From positions 1-27,381 of the forward strand of contig JAUWHN010000011.1 of assembly GCA_030605865.1 (NCBI GenBank): DNA of 27,381 nucleotides, read 5' to 3'. Shown in pieces: positions 15,766 to 24,845 of this stretch; positions within the stretch are counted from its first letter, which is position 1, and each line of letters starts with the position of its first letter. The notes beneath the pieces are model-generated. The model was given only the letters and a program-made list of their open reading frames with translations, searched no databases and was not told the origin of the DNA. Source of the DNA: Candidatus Portnoybacteria bacterium (GTDB lineage: Bacteria > Patescibacteriota > Minisyncoccia > RBG-13-40-8-A > JAUWHN01). Made by a program: the position numbers and the translations under genes.

Positions 15766-17352
15766 ATGAATGAAGAAATAACAACTTTTGCCGAAACCAA
15801 CTTCCGCAATAAGCGGACTAAGTTTGGCATTAAAATCGACGATCGTCGGCGTCATTGTTACATAGTTGGAAAAACCGGTATGGGTAAGACCGTAATGTTG
15901 GAGAATATGGCCATTCAGGATATTCAGTGTGGAAACGGAGTGGCCGTAGTTGACCCTCATGGAGAGTTTGCCGAGCGGATGCTGGACTTTGTTCCCAAGG
16001 ACCGGATTAATGATGTTATTTATTTTAATCCGGCAGACCAAAAAAATCCCATTGCCTTTAATGCTATTGAGCAAGTTGCTCCCGAGCACAGGCATTTAAT
16101 TGCCTCTGGTTTAATGGGGGTTTTTAAGAAAATCTGGCCAGATGTTTGGAGCGCCCGGATGGAATATATTTTACATAATTCAATTTTAGCTCTACTGGAA
16201 TATCCCGGCTCGACCCTTTTGGGTATTAACAGGATTTTAGCTGATAAGGATTATCGAAATAAAGTTATTGAAAAAATAACCGATCCTACCATAAAGTCTT
16301 TTTGGACTAATGAATTTGCCAAATATCCGGATAGATTTCGCGAGGAGGCCGTAGCTCCTATTCAAAATAAAGTTGGCCAGTTTATTTCTGCTCCTTTAAT
16401 TAGAAATATTATCGGCCAGACTACTACTGCCTTTAATATTAGAGAGATTATGGATGAGAGAAAGATTTTAATTGTTAATCTTTCCAAAGGAAAAATAGGC
16501 GAAGATGCTAGTCATCTTTTAGGTGCCTTAATTGTTACCAAGCTTCAATTAGCTGCTATGAGCCGGGTTGATATACCCAAAGAAGAAAGAAATGATTTTT
16601 ATCTTTATGTTGATGAGTTTCAAAATTTTGCTACTGAAGCTTTTGCCAACATTTTATCCGAGGCAAGAAAATACCATCTTTGTTTAATTTTGGCTCATCA
16701 ATACATTGCTCAGCTGGTATCACTGGAAAATACCAAAGTTAGAGATGCTATTTTTGGAAATGTCGGAACTATTCTGACTTTCCGAATAGGGGCAGCTGAT
16801 GCCGAGTTTTTAGAGAAAGAATTTTTACCGGAATTTAATGCTGATGATCTGGTTAATTTAAAAAAGTACAGTATTTATTTGAAGCTAATGATTGACGGTG
16901 TTGCTTCGCGGGCTTTTAGCGCTTCTACCTTAGCTCCTTTTCTCAAGCCAACCAAGACTCACAAAGAGAAAATTATAAAGCTTTCCCGAGAACGCTATGG
17001 AACCGAAAGAAAGAAGATTGAGGAAAAAATTGCTAAATGGAGCGAAGCAGTGATAACAGCAGCCACAGCAAAAGATAAGCCCTATGAAGCAGTTTGTTCT
17101 ACTTGCAACAAAAAAATCAGGGTTTCTTTCAAGCCCGATGGAGTAAGACCGGTTTATTGTCCGACTTGTTTAGAAAAAGCGAGAGCAGAGGGGGCCAGGG
17201 AAAAACCTCCTGCCCCTGAAAGCCCGCCTGCTCCTGAAAGAAAACCAGCCCAAGGCCGGTCGGCCCCGGGCCGAAAGAGAAAGGAAGTAGACATCAAGGG
17301 TTTGCGAAGCGTTTTAGCAGAATCATTAGAAGATACAAAAAAAGAAAAATAG
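15766..17352 (+). CDS. VirD4/TraD/HerA-like P-loop ATPase with C-terminal CxxC-x17-CxxC zinc finger
   Basis: Walker A GKTGMGKT, VVDPHGE, Walker B LYVDEFQNF, SEARKY, AIFGNVGT; CSTC-x17-CPTC. Confidence 0.85.
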   Translation: MNEEITTFAETNFRNKRTKFGIKIDDRRRHCYIVGKTGMGKTVMLENMAIQDIQCGNGVAVVDPHGEFAERMLDFVPKDRINDVIYFNPADQKNPIAFNAIEQVAPEHRHLIASGLMGVFKKIWPDVWSARMEYILHNSILALLEYPGSTLLGINRILADKDYRNKVIEKITDPTIKSFWTNEFAKYPDRFREEAVAPIQNKVGQFISAPLIRNIIGQTTTAFNIREIMDERKILIVNLSKGKIGEDASHLLGALIVTKLQLAAMSRVDIPKEERNDFYLYVDEFQNFATEAFANILSEARKYHLCLILAHQYIAQLVSLENTKVRDAIFGNVGTILTFRIGAADAEFLEKEFLPEFNADDLVNLKKYSIYLKLMIDGVASRAFSASTLAPFLKPTKTHKEKIIKLSRERYGTERKKIEEKIAKWSEAVITAATAKDKPYEAVCSTCNKKIRVSFKPDGVRPVYCPTCLEKARAEGAREKPPAPESPPAPERKPAQGRSAPGRKRKEVDIKGLRSVLAESLEDTKKEK

Positions 17353-17370
17353 AATTAAGATAAAAACATC

Positions 17371-18690
17371 ATGGGTAATATCGAAAAACTTAAAAAAATT
17401 CGGCTTCAGAAATTGAAAAACTTGCAAAAAGCCGGGATTAATCCGTATCCGGCTCAGGTTTTGCGTAGTCATACGAATAAAGAGGCGCTGGATAATTTTA
17501 GTAAATTAAGCCGAACTAAGAAAAAGATTGTTTTAGTCGGTCGGATTCGGTCATTAAGGGAGCATGGTGGTTCTACTTTTTGTCATATCCAGGACGCTGC
17601 TGCCCAAATCCAGATTTATTTAAAAAAAGACAAAGTTGGTAAAAAAGAATATCAGTTATTTTTAGATAACATTGATATTGGTGACTTTATTGAAATTACT
17701 GGAGTTTTGTTTAAAACAAAAAAAGGCGAGAAAACCCTTGAGGTTGCAAAATGGCGAATCTTGGTCAAAACTCTTTTGCCTCTGCCCGAGGAATGGTTTG
17801 GTTTAAAGGATGTTGAAGAAAGATTTAGAAAAAGATATTTGGATTTAATTTTAAATAAAGAAATTAAAGAAAAATTTGTTAAACGCTCGGAAATTATTAA
17901 GAAAATCAGAAATTTTTTAGATGATAATGGCTTTCTGGAAGTAGAAACGCCGGAATTGCAAAGCCTGGCTGGCGGCGCTAAAGCCCGGCCGTTTAAAACC
18001 CACCTTAATGCCTTGAATATGGATTTGTATCTACGGATTGCGCAGGAGCTTTATTTGAAACGTCTTCTAATTGGCGGTTTTGAAAAAGTTTATGAAATGG
18101 GCCGCAGCTTTAGAAACGAAGGAATGGACAGGGAACACAATCCTGAATTTACAATGCTGGAATTCTATGCTGCTTATTGGGATTATGAGGACATGATGAA
18201 GTTTACAGAGAAATTACTGGCTTCACTTGATAAAAAAATATTCAAGCCGTCATTTAAGCGAATAGAATACAGTAAAATTGTTAAAAAAGACGAAAAAGAG
18301 GCGTTTGCTAAAATTAAAGAACCAACTTTTGTTATTAATCATCCAATTGAAATTTCGCCTTTATCGAAAAAACTTGACCCCGCTGAGAAGGGGAAGCATC
18401 AGCGAGTGGCGCGTTTTCAATTAATTGTTAATGGATTTGAGATTGCCAATGGATTTTCAGAAATAAATGACCCGATTGATCAGATGGAAAGGTTTAAAGC
18501 CCAAGAAAAACAGCGCAAAAAAGGTGACAAAGAAGCCCATCAATTTGATAAAGACTTTATTGAGGCGCTGGAATACGGCATGCCGCTGGCAGCCGGAATT
18601 GGGATTGGGATTGATAGGTTGGTGGTGTTATTAACCGGCTCTAAAACTTTGCGGGAGGTTATTTTGTTTCCAACGATGCGTCCTAAGTAA
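17371..18690 (+). CDS. lysS: lysine--tRNA ligase (class II)
   Basis: OB-fold, RFRKRYLDLI, LYLRIAQELYLKRL, FRNEGMDREHNPEFTMLEFY, GIGIDRLV. Confidence 0.97.
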   Translation: MGNIEKLKKIRLQKLKNLQKAGINPYPAQVLRSHTNKEALDNFSKLSRTKKKIVLVGRIRSLREHGGSTFCHIQDAAAQIQIYLKKDKVGKKEYQLFLDNIDIGDFIEITGVLFKTKKGEKTLEVAKWRILVKTLLPLPEEWFGLKDVEERFRKRYLDLILNKEIKEKFVKRSEIIKKIRNFLDDNGFLEVETPELQSLAGGAKARPFKTHLNALNMDLYLRIAQELYLKRLLIGGFEKVYEMGRSFRNEGMDREHNPEFTMLEFYAAYWDYEDMMKFTEKLLASLDKKIFKPSFKRIEYSKIVKKDEKEAFAKIKEPTFVINHPIEISPLSKKLDPAEKGKHQRVARFQLIVNGFEIANGFSEINDPIDQMERFKAQEKQRKKGDKEAHQFDKDFIEALEYGMPLAAGIGIGIDRLVVLLTGSKTLREVILFPTMRPK

Positions 18691-18691
18691 T

Positions 18692-19273
18692 ATGAGCAGA
18701 GAAAAGGCCTTACAATTAGTCCAAGAGAAAATTAAGAATGAGAATTTAGTAAAGCATTGTTTGGCCGTCGAGGCTTGTATGCGGGCTTTGGCTAAGCATT
18801 TTGGAGAATCTGAAGAGCAATGGGCTTTGACTGGGTTGCTACATGATATTGATTATGAAGAGACAAAAGATAATCCAGAAAAACATTCTTTGGTTGGAGC
18901 AGAAATGTTGGAAGAAATGAGATTAGATAAAGAAATTGTTGAAGCAGTGAAGAGCCATAATGAAATGCATGGCATTGCTCCGGAAACCAAAATGGCAAAA
19001 GCCCTTTTTTCTGTTGATCCTTTAACTGGATTGATTGTTGCTGCAACTTTGGTTTTACCAAGCAAAAAAATAGCCGAATTAACTATTGATAATGTTCTAA
19101 ACCGTTTTAAAGAAAAAGGATTTGCCCGTGGCGCGAATCGGGAGATTATTAGTAAATGTTCGGATATTGGTTTTCCGCCTACGGCTGATCAGTCGCAGGC
19201 TGAAACTTTAGAGGAATTTGTTGGCATTTGTTTGAAGGCAATGCAGAGGATAAGTGGGGAATTAGGGTTATGA
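18692..19273 (+). CDS. HD-domain (HDIG-like) phosphohydrolase
   Basis: KHCLAVE...GLLHDIDYE...AVKSHN...VDPLTGLI. Confidence 0.88.
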   Translation: MSREKALQLVQEKIKNENLVKHCLAVEACMRALAKHFGESEEQWALTGLLHDIDYEETKDNPEKHSLVGAEMLEEMRLDKEIVEAVKSHNEMHGIAPETKMAKALFSVDPLTGLIVAATLVLPSKKIAELTIDNVLNRFKEKGFARGANREIISKCSDIGFPPTADQSQAETLEEFVGICLKAMQRISGELGL

Positions 19274-19857
19274 AAAAAATTTTAATTGCCACTCATAGTA
19301 AAGGGAAGTTTCCAGAAATTAAGAAAATTTTGAAGGGACTTCCTTTTAAAATTGTAAATCTCGATAATGTAGGGATTAATTTTGAGGTGGAGGAAACTGG
19401 TAAAACTTTTAAAGCCAACGCTGTCTTAAAAGCCCGGACTTATGGCAAGCTAACCGGGTTTTTAACTTTGGCTGAGGATGCTGGACTAGAGGTTGATGCT
19501 TTAAATGGTGCACCAGGAGTTTATTCGGCTAGGTATTGTCCAGGAAGTGACGAGGATAGATACAGATTGCTACTAAGAAATTTAAAAGGCATTCCAGCTA
19601 AGGAACGAATAGCCAGGTTTAAAGCGGTGGTAGCAATTTTTGATCCCAAGAGCAAGAAAGTCAGAACCTGTCAAGGAGTTTTAGAAGGAAGGATTACTTT
19701 TGAACCAAAAGGTGAACATGGTTTTGGTTACGATCCAGTGTTTTATGTCCCCCAATTAAGAAAAAGAACTGCCGGACTAACCATTGAAGAGAAAAACAAA
19801 ATCAGCCATCGCGGTAAAGCGTGGCGAAAAACGAGGAAAATTTTGGAATTATTTTAA
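19270..19857 (+). CDS. rdgB: non-canonical purine NTP pyrophosphatase (RdgB/HAM1)
   Basis: ATHSKGK, ETGKTFKANAVLKA, GAPGVYSARY, GFGYDPVF, KNKISHRGKA; the ATG at 19270 overlaps the upstream stop (ATGA). Confidence 0.93.
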   Translation: MKKILIATHSKGKFPEIKKILKGLPFKIVNLDNVGINFEVEETGKTFKANAVLKARTYGKLTGFLTLAEDAGLEVDALNGAPGVYSARYCPGSDEDRYRLLLRNLKGIPAKERIARFKAVVAIFDPKSKKVRTCQGVLEGRITFEPKGEHGFGYDPVFYVPQLRKRTAGLTIEEKNKISHRGKAWRKTRKILELF

Positions 19858-19879
19858 TAAAATGATAAAATAATAGTAT

Positions 19880-21091
19880 ATGTTAGACATTAAATTTATT
19901 CGTGAAAATTTGGATGAGGTTAAAAAAGGCGTTAAAAATAAAGGCGTTAATGTTGATGTTAATAAAATTGTGAAATTGGATAAGGATAGGCGGAAGTTGA
20001 TCCAGGAAGTTGAGGGATTGAAAGCAAAAAAGAATAAGTTGGGAGTTAAAGATAAAAAAATAGGGAAAGAGATCAAGGATAAAATTAAGAAGATAGAACC
20101 AAAACTACAAAAGACAGAAAAGGAATTTAATGAGTTGATGTTTCAGGTTCCCAATCTGCCCCTGGATGATGTATGGGTTGGTAAGGATGAGAAGGATAAT
20201 AAGGTTATAAAGAAGGTTGGTCAGCCGAAAAAAGGAGGAAAAGATTATTTAAAAATAGCAGAAAAACTGGATATTATTGATACAAGACGAGCAGCTAAAG
20301 TTTCCGGCACCCGCTTTGGTTATTTAAAAGGCGGAGCTGTTCTTTTGGAGCTTGGATTAATTCAATTAGCGTTTAATGTTTTGACAAAAGAAGGGTTTAT
20401 TCCAGTGATACCGCCGGTAATGATAAAATCCGAGATGGCAAAAGGAATGGGTTATTTGGAGCAATTAGGAAAAGAAGAGGCCTATTACCTTCCCAAAGAT
20501 GATTTATACTTAGTCGGAACTTCAGAGCAATCCATAGGCACAATGCATGCTAATGAAATTTTTAATGAAAAAGACTTACCTAAGAGATATCTAAGCTTTT
20601 CAACTTGTTTTAGGCGGGAAGCAGGTTCCTACGGAAAAGACACTAAGGGAATTCTAAGGGTTCATCAGTTTGATAAAATTGAGATGTTTAGTTTTTGTAA
20701 GCCCGAGGATTCAATTAAAGAACATAAATTTTTCTTGTTTTTGGAAGAAAAACTAATGAAACTTCTTGAAATTCCTTATCGAATTATTCAAGTATGTACA
20801 GGCGACTTATCTGTTCCTTCGGCTAGCACTTACGACCTTGAAGCCTGGATGCCGGGGCAGAATCAATATCGCGAAACTCATTCAACATCAAATTGCACGG
20901 ATTTTCAAGCCCGGCGATTGAATATTCGTTATCGTTCTAAGGGTGGATTAAAGTTTGTCCATATGATCAATGGAACCGCTTTTTCTCAGCGGCCAATTAT
21001 TGCCATTATTGAAAATTATCAACAGAAAGACGGAAGCGTAGAAGTGCCCGAAGTTTTGCAGAAATATATAGGAATTAAAGTGATAAAATAA
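19880..21091 (+). CDS. serS: serine--tRNA ligase
   Basis: MLDIKFIREN, LVGTSEQ, FRREAGSYGKDTKGILRVHQFDKIE, SNCTDFQARRL. Confidence 0.97.
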   Translation: MLDIKFIRENLDEVKKGVKNKGVNVDVNKIVKLDKDRRKLIQEVEGLKAKKNKLGVKDKKIGKEIKDKIKKIEPKLQKTEKEFNELMFQVPNLPLDDVWVGKDEKDNKVIKKVGQPKKGGKDYLKIAEKLDIIDTRRAAKVSGTRFGYLKGGAVLLELGLIQLAFNVLTKEGFIPVIPPVMIKSEMAKGMGYLEQLGKEEAYYLPKDDLYLVGTSEQSIGTMHANEIFNEKDLPKRYLSFSTCFRREAGSYGKDTKGILRVHQFDKIEMFSFCKPEDSIKEHKFFLFLEEKLMKLLEIPYRIIQVCTGDLSVPSASTYDLEAWMPGQNQYRETHSTSNCTDFQARRLNIRYRSKGGLKFVHMINGTAFSQRPIIAIIENYQQKDGSVEVPEVLQKYIGIKVIK

Positions 21092-21158
21092 ACTAAAATT
21101 TTTAATAGATATTAAGTATTGCTTTTTCGCAATACTGAATATTTGGTTATAGAAATCA

Positions 21159-22292
21159 ATGTATAAAACCTGGGTTGAGATAAATAAAAAAGCTCTTCAA
21201 AACAACATTCAGCAGTTTCAGAAATTGATTGGTAACAAGGTTAAGTTGATGGCGGTGGTTAAGGCAAATGCCTATGGGCATGGGTTGGTTGAAGTGGTTA
21301 AAATCGTCATAGAATCGGGTGTGCCGTGGTTGGGCGTAGATTCAGTTGACGAGGCAATAGAGTTGAGAAAAGCGGGGATAGATACCCCGATTTTAATATT
21401 GGGCTATACCTTGCTTTTGAGATTGGAGGACGTGGTTAAATATGATTTGAGGCAAGTGGTTTATAACAGGGAAACAATTGAGGAACTTGCGGAACAAGCA
21501 ACAAGCGACAAGCAACAAGTAAAAGTCCATCTGAAGGTGGAAACCGGGACTTCAAGGCAGGGACTGGAAAAAGAAGAGCTTTTGGAATTAGCAAAGTTCA
21601 TAAAAAAACATCCCCAGATTGAAATTGAAGGCGTTTATACTCATTATGCTAATATTGAAGACACTACCGACCATAACTATGCCCAGCAGCAGCTTCAAAG
21701 ATTTAAACAAGCAGTTGAACTTTTAGAAAAAAATGACATTAAAATTCCCATAAAACACACTGCCTGTAGTGCAGCAGTTATTCTATTTCCAAAAACTTAT
21801 TTTTCTCTGGTGCGAGTGGGAATAAGTATGTATGGACTTTGGCCGTCTAAAGAAACTTTTGTTTCTGCTCAGGAAAAGAAAAGGGAAATAAAGTTAGAAC
21901 CGGTTTTGACCTGGAAAACAAAAGTAGCTCAAATAAAAAAAATTAAAGCAGGAACTCCCATAAGTTATGGACTTACTGAAAAAACTTCCCACGATTCAAA
22001 AATTGCTGTTTTGCCAGTTGGTTATTGGGATGGTTATGATAGGAAACTTTCTGGAGTTGCGAATGTTTTAATAAAAGGTAAAAGATGTAAAATGTTGGGC
22101 AGGGTTTGTATGAATATGATTATGGTTGATATTAGTCATATTGAGGATATAAAATTAGAAGACGAGGTTGTTCTTTTGGGAATCCAGGGTTCTGAAAAAA
22201 TAACAGCTGACGAATTTGCCCAAAAAATCGGAACCATAAATTATGAAGTAGTAACGCGGATTAATCCATTAATCCCAAGAATTGTTGTATGA
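21159..22292 (+). CDS. alr: alanine racemase
   Basis: AVVKANAYGHG (PLP Lys), VHLKVETG, SYG, PVGYWDGY, GRVCMNMIMVD, GTINYEV. Confidence 0.96.
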   Translation: MYKTWVEINKKALQNNIQQFQKLIGNKVKLMAVVKANAYGHGLVEVVKIVIESGVPWLGVDSVDEAIELRKAGIDTPILILGYTLLLRLEDVVKYDLRQVVYNRETIEELAEQATSDKQQVKVHLKVETGTSRQGLEKEELLELAKFIKKHPQIEIEGVYTHYANIEDTTDHNYAQQQLQRFKQAVELLEKNDIKIPIKHTACSAAVILFPKTYFSLVRVGISMYGLWPSKETFVSAQEKKREIKLEPVLTWKTKVAQIKKIKAGTPISYGLTEKTSHDSKIAVLPVGYWDGYDRKLSGVANVLIKGKRCKMLGRVCMNMIMVDISHIEDIKLEDEVVLLGIQGSEKITADEFAQKIGTINYEVVTRINPLIPRIVV

Positions 22293-23083
22293 GAAAGGAT
22301 CAAATACGTTACAGTCGAGGATATTTGCCTCAACATAGGAAGAAAGAAATTTCCTGGAAACGCAGGATGCTTTTTTTCTGGATTTTATTTTTGGTTTTGG
22401 GTTTGGCCTATGTTATGTTTTTCTCCCCGCTTTTTGAGATTAAAGAAATAAAAATTTCCAACAACCGGGTGATTAGTAGTGAAGAAATTCAAAATTCTTT
22501 AGATAATCAAAACAACCTTTTTTTGGCAGCAGGAAATAAGTTAACAGAAATTCTAACCAATGATTTTCCCAGAATATTATCAGTTGAAATGAGCAAAGAT
22601 ATTTTCAAGAAGACCATTGAGTTAAATATTATTGAAAGAAAAGAAGCTGGAATATACTGTAAAGAAGATCTTGCTTCGCCGAATCGAGGAGAGTGTTATT
22701 ATATTGATAAAGAAGGGGTGATTTTTGAGGAAGCGCCTCAAACCAGCGGAACTTTGATTTTAGCAATAAAGGATTTTTCTGAAAGAGAAATAGAAATAGG
22801 TAAGAATGTTATTGAAAAAGAATTTATGGCAGAGCTTATTGATTTAAAAAACTACTTACCCGGTCAATTGGGCTTCAAAGTTCTTGATTTTACAATCGAA
22901 TCAGATGTTCTAAAAGATTTAAAAGTAAATACTAATGAGGGTTGGTATATTCTTTTTGATGGTTTAAGGGATTTGAAATCCCAGCTTGAAGCATTAAGGT
23001 TGGTTTTGGAGGAGAAGATTGAGGAAAGAAAGGATTTAGAGTATATTGATGTGAGGATAGAGAATAGAGTTTATTACAAATGA
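22289..23083 (+). CDS. ftsQ: cell division protein FtsQ/DivIB-like
   Basis: Basic N-terminus, single TM ending FSPLFEIKEIKI, POTRA-like region, C-terminal LEYIDVRIENRVYYK. Confidence 0.75.
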   Translation: MRKDQIRYSRGYLPQHRKKEISWKRRMLFFWILFLVLGLAYVMFFSPLFEIKEIKISNNRVISSEEIQNSLDNQNNLFLAAGNKLTEILTNDFPRILSVEMSKDIFKKTIELNIIERKEAGIYCKEDLASPNRGECYYIDKEGVIFEEAPQTSGTLILAIKDFSEREIEIGKNVIEKEFMAELIDLKNYLPGQLGFKVLDFTIESDVLKDLKVNTNEGWYILFDGLRDLKSQLEALRLVLEEKIEERKDLEYIDVRIENRVYYK

Positions 23084-23084
23084 T

Positions 23085-24134
23085 ATGTCTTTTTCCATCG
23101 GTATAATTGGCTTGCCCAATGTTGGCAAGTCCACACTTTTTAAAGCCCTTACTCAGCAAGAGGTGGATATTTCTAATTATCCTTTTTGTACTATTGACCC
23201 AAATGTGGGCGTTGTTCGGGTGCCTGATGAAAGACTCCAAAAAATTATTGAGATAATTAAGCCCCAAAAGGTTACGCCTACAATAATTGAATTCGTTGAT
23301 ATTGCTGGTTTGGTTAAGGGGGCCCACAAAGGAGAAGGGCTGGGCAATCAATTTTTAGCCCATATTCGAGAGGTGGATGCGATTTTACACATTATCCGGA
23401 CTTTTTCAGACAAAGATATAAAACATGTAGAAGAGGGCGTTGATCCACAAAGAGATATTGGAATTGTTAATACTGAATTAATAATGAAGGATTTAGAAAC
23501 CATTGATAAACATATAAAGAAAATTGAAAAAGATGTTGAATCCAAAGACAAAGACAGGATTAAAGAGTTTGAAATTCTTCAAAAAATTAGAAAGGCAATA
23601 AACGAAGGAAATGCGGTTTCTGCTGTTAATCCGAGCGAGAAAGAAAGAGAAGTGATTAAACATTTAAATTTTTTAACTATTAAACCAGTAATTTATATAT
23701 TAAATACTAAAGAAGATGATGATTCTTTTGGGGTGCGAAAATCTTTGCCAGAAAATACTTTGCCTATTGATTTAAAAATAGAATTAGAGTGTACTGAGTT
23801 ATCCAAAAAGGAGCTAAAAGAACTGAATTTAAAGTCCCGGCTTGATGTTTTAATTAAAACCTGCTACAAAATTCTTAATTTAGTAACCTTCTACACTATT
23901 AAAGGCGGCGAGGAAACCCGAGCCTGGACAGTTGAGCAAGGCGTCAAAGCGCCGGAGGCCGGCAGGATTGTTCACAGTGATTTTCAAGAAAAATTTATTC
24001 GGGCCGAAGTTGTGAATTACAAAGACTTATTAGGGGTTGGTTCTTGGGCCGAAGCCCGCGCCGAAGGACTAATAAGAACCGAAGGGAAAGATTACTCGGT
24101 AAAGGACGGAGATATTATTGAGTTTAAAATTTGA
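23085..24134 (+). CDS. ychF: Obg-family ATPase YchF
   Basis: [42 protein letters not shown] domain ending [10 protein letters not shown]. Confidence 0.97.
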   Translation: MSFSIGIIGLPNVGKSTLFKALTQQEVDISNYPFCTIDPNVGVVRVPDERLQKIIEIIKPQKVTPTIIEFVDIAGLVKGAHKGEGLGNQFLAHIREVDAILHIIRTFSDKDIKHVEEGVDPQRDIGIVNTELIMKDLETIDKHIKKIEKDVESKDKDRIKEFEILQKIRKAINEGNAVSAVNPSEKEREVIKHLNFLTIKPVIYILNTKEDDDSFGVRKSLPENTLPIDLKIELECTELSKKELKELNLKSRLDVLIKTCYKILNLVTFYTIKGGEETRAWTVEQGVKAPEAGRIVHSDFQEKFIRAEVVNYKDLLGVGSWAEARAEGLIRTEGKDYSVKDGDIIEFKI

Positions 24135-24168
24135 CCGACCAAGATTGTTTTGTTAATATGTAAATAGT

Positions 24169-24771
24169 ATGCCAGAAGAAAATCAGAGACAATATGAACT
24201 CACATTTATTCTTTCTCCGGAGCTTGATGAGAAAGGGGTTGATTCTTTTGAACAAGAAATTGAAAAAAGCATAAAAAATCTTGGTGGGGATTTAAAGAAA
24301 AAAAGCAAAGCAGAAAGGCGCAATTTGTCATACCCCATTAAAAAATTTCAAACTGGTTATTATTCAGTAATAAACTTCTTGTTTAATCCCGAAAAAATAG
24401 AAGAATTATCAGCGATTTTTAAGCACAGAAAGGAGATTCTTCGCTACATTTTTACTATTGCAGAAGAGCCCGCTGTTATTAAAAAACCCTTTGGTCGCCA
24501 AGAGCGATTCATAGAATCTCGCATTGCTAAAACTAAAGATAAAGAGAGAATTGAAAAATTTGAAAAACTAACAGAAGAAGTAACAGAAAAAGAAATAGAG
24601 GCTCTTAAGAGAACTGGTAAGAAAGAACCCGCCGCAAGCCCGAAGGGCAAGCAGGCGGGCCCGTCCGCTTCGACTAAGCGAGGCGAGCCACAATCTGAAA
24701 GTTTGGGCGAGAAGAAAAAGGTTAAATTAGAAGAAATTGACAAGAAATTAGATGAGATATTAGGGATATAA
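24169..24771 (+). CDS. rpsF: 30S ribosomal protein S6 with long C-terminal extension
   Basis: YELTFILSP...LSYPIKK..TGYY...EILRY; conserved rpsF-ssb-rpsR order. Confidence 0.9.
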   Translation: MPEENQRQYELTFILSPELDEKGVDSFEQEIEKSIKNLGGDLKKKSKAERRNLSYPIKKFQTGYYSVINFLFNPEKIEELSAIFKHRKEILRYIFTIAEEPAVIKKPFGRQERFIESRIAKTKDKERIEKFEKLTEEVTEKEIEALKRTGKKEPAASPKGKQAGPSASTKRGEPQSESLGEKKKVKLEEIDKKLDEILGI

Positions 24772-24777
24772 ATATAA

Positions 24778-24840
24778 AATGAGCAATGAACAACGAACAA
24801 TGAACAAAACTGTTCACTGTTCACTGTTTGCTGTTCGTTG
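24778..24840. repeat. inverted pair of heptamer tandem arrays
   Basis: AATGAGC AATGAAC AACGAAC AATGAAC, then TGTTCAC TGTTCAC TGTTTGC TGTTCGT. Confidence 0.8.
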
Positions 24841-24845
24841 ATATC

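Noticed and set aside
18381-18404. CGCTGA...TCAGCG hairpin in lysS as another in-frame insertion
   Set aside because: Only a 6-bp stem with no similarity to the other insertion families, so it could be chance.
21115-21136. AGTATTGC-TTTTTC-GCAATACT hairpin between serS and alr
   Set aside because: An 8-bp stem without a following U-tract and seen only once. Its function cannot be supported from the sequence.
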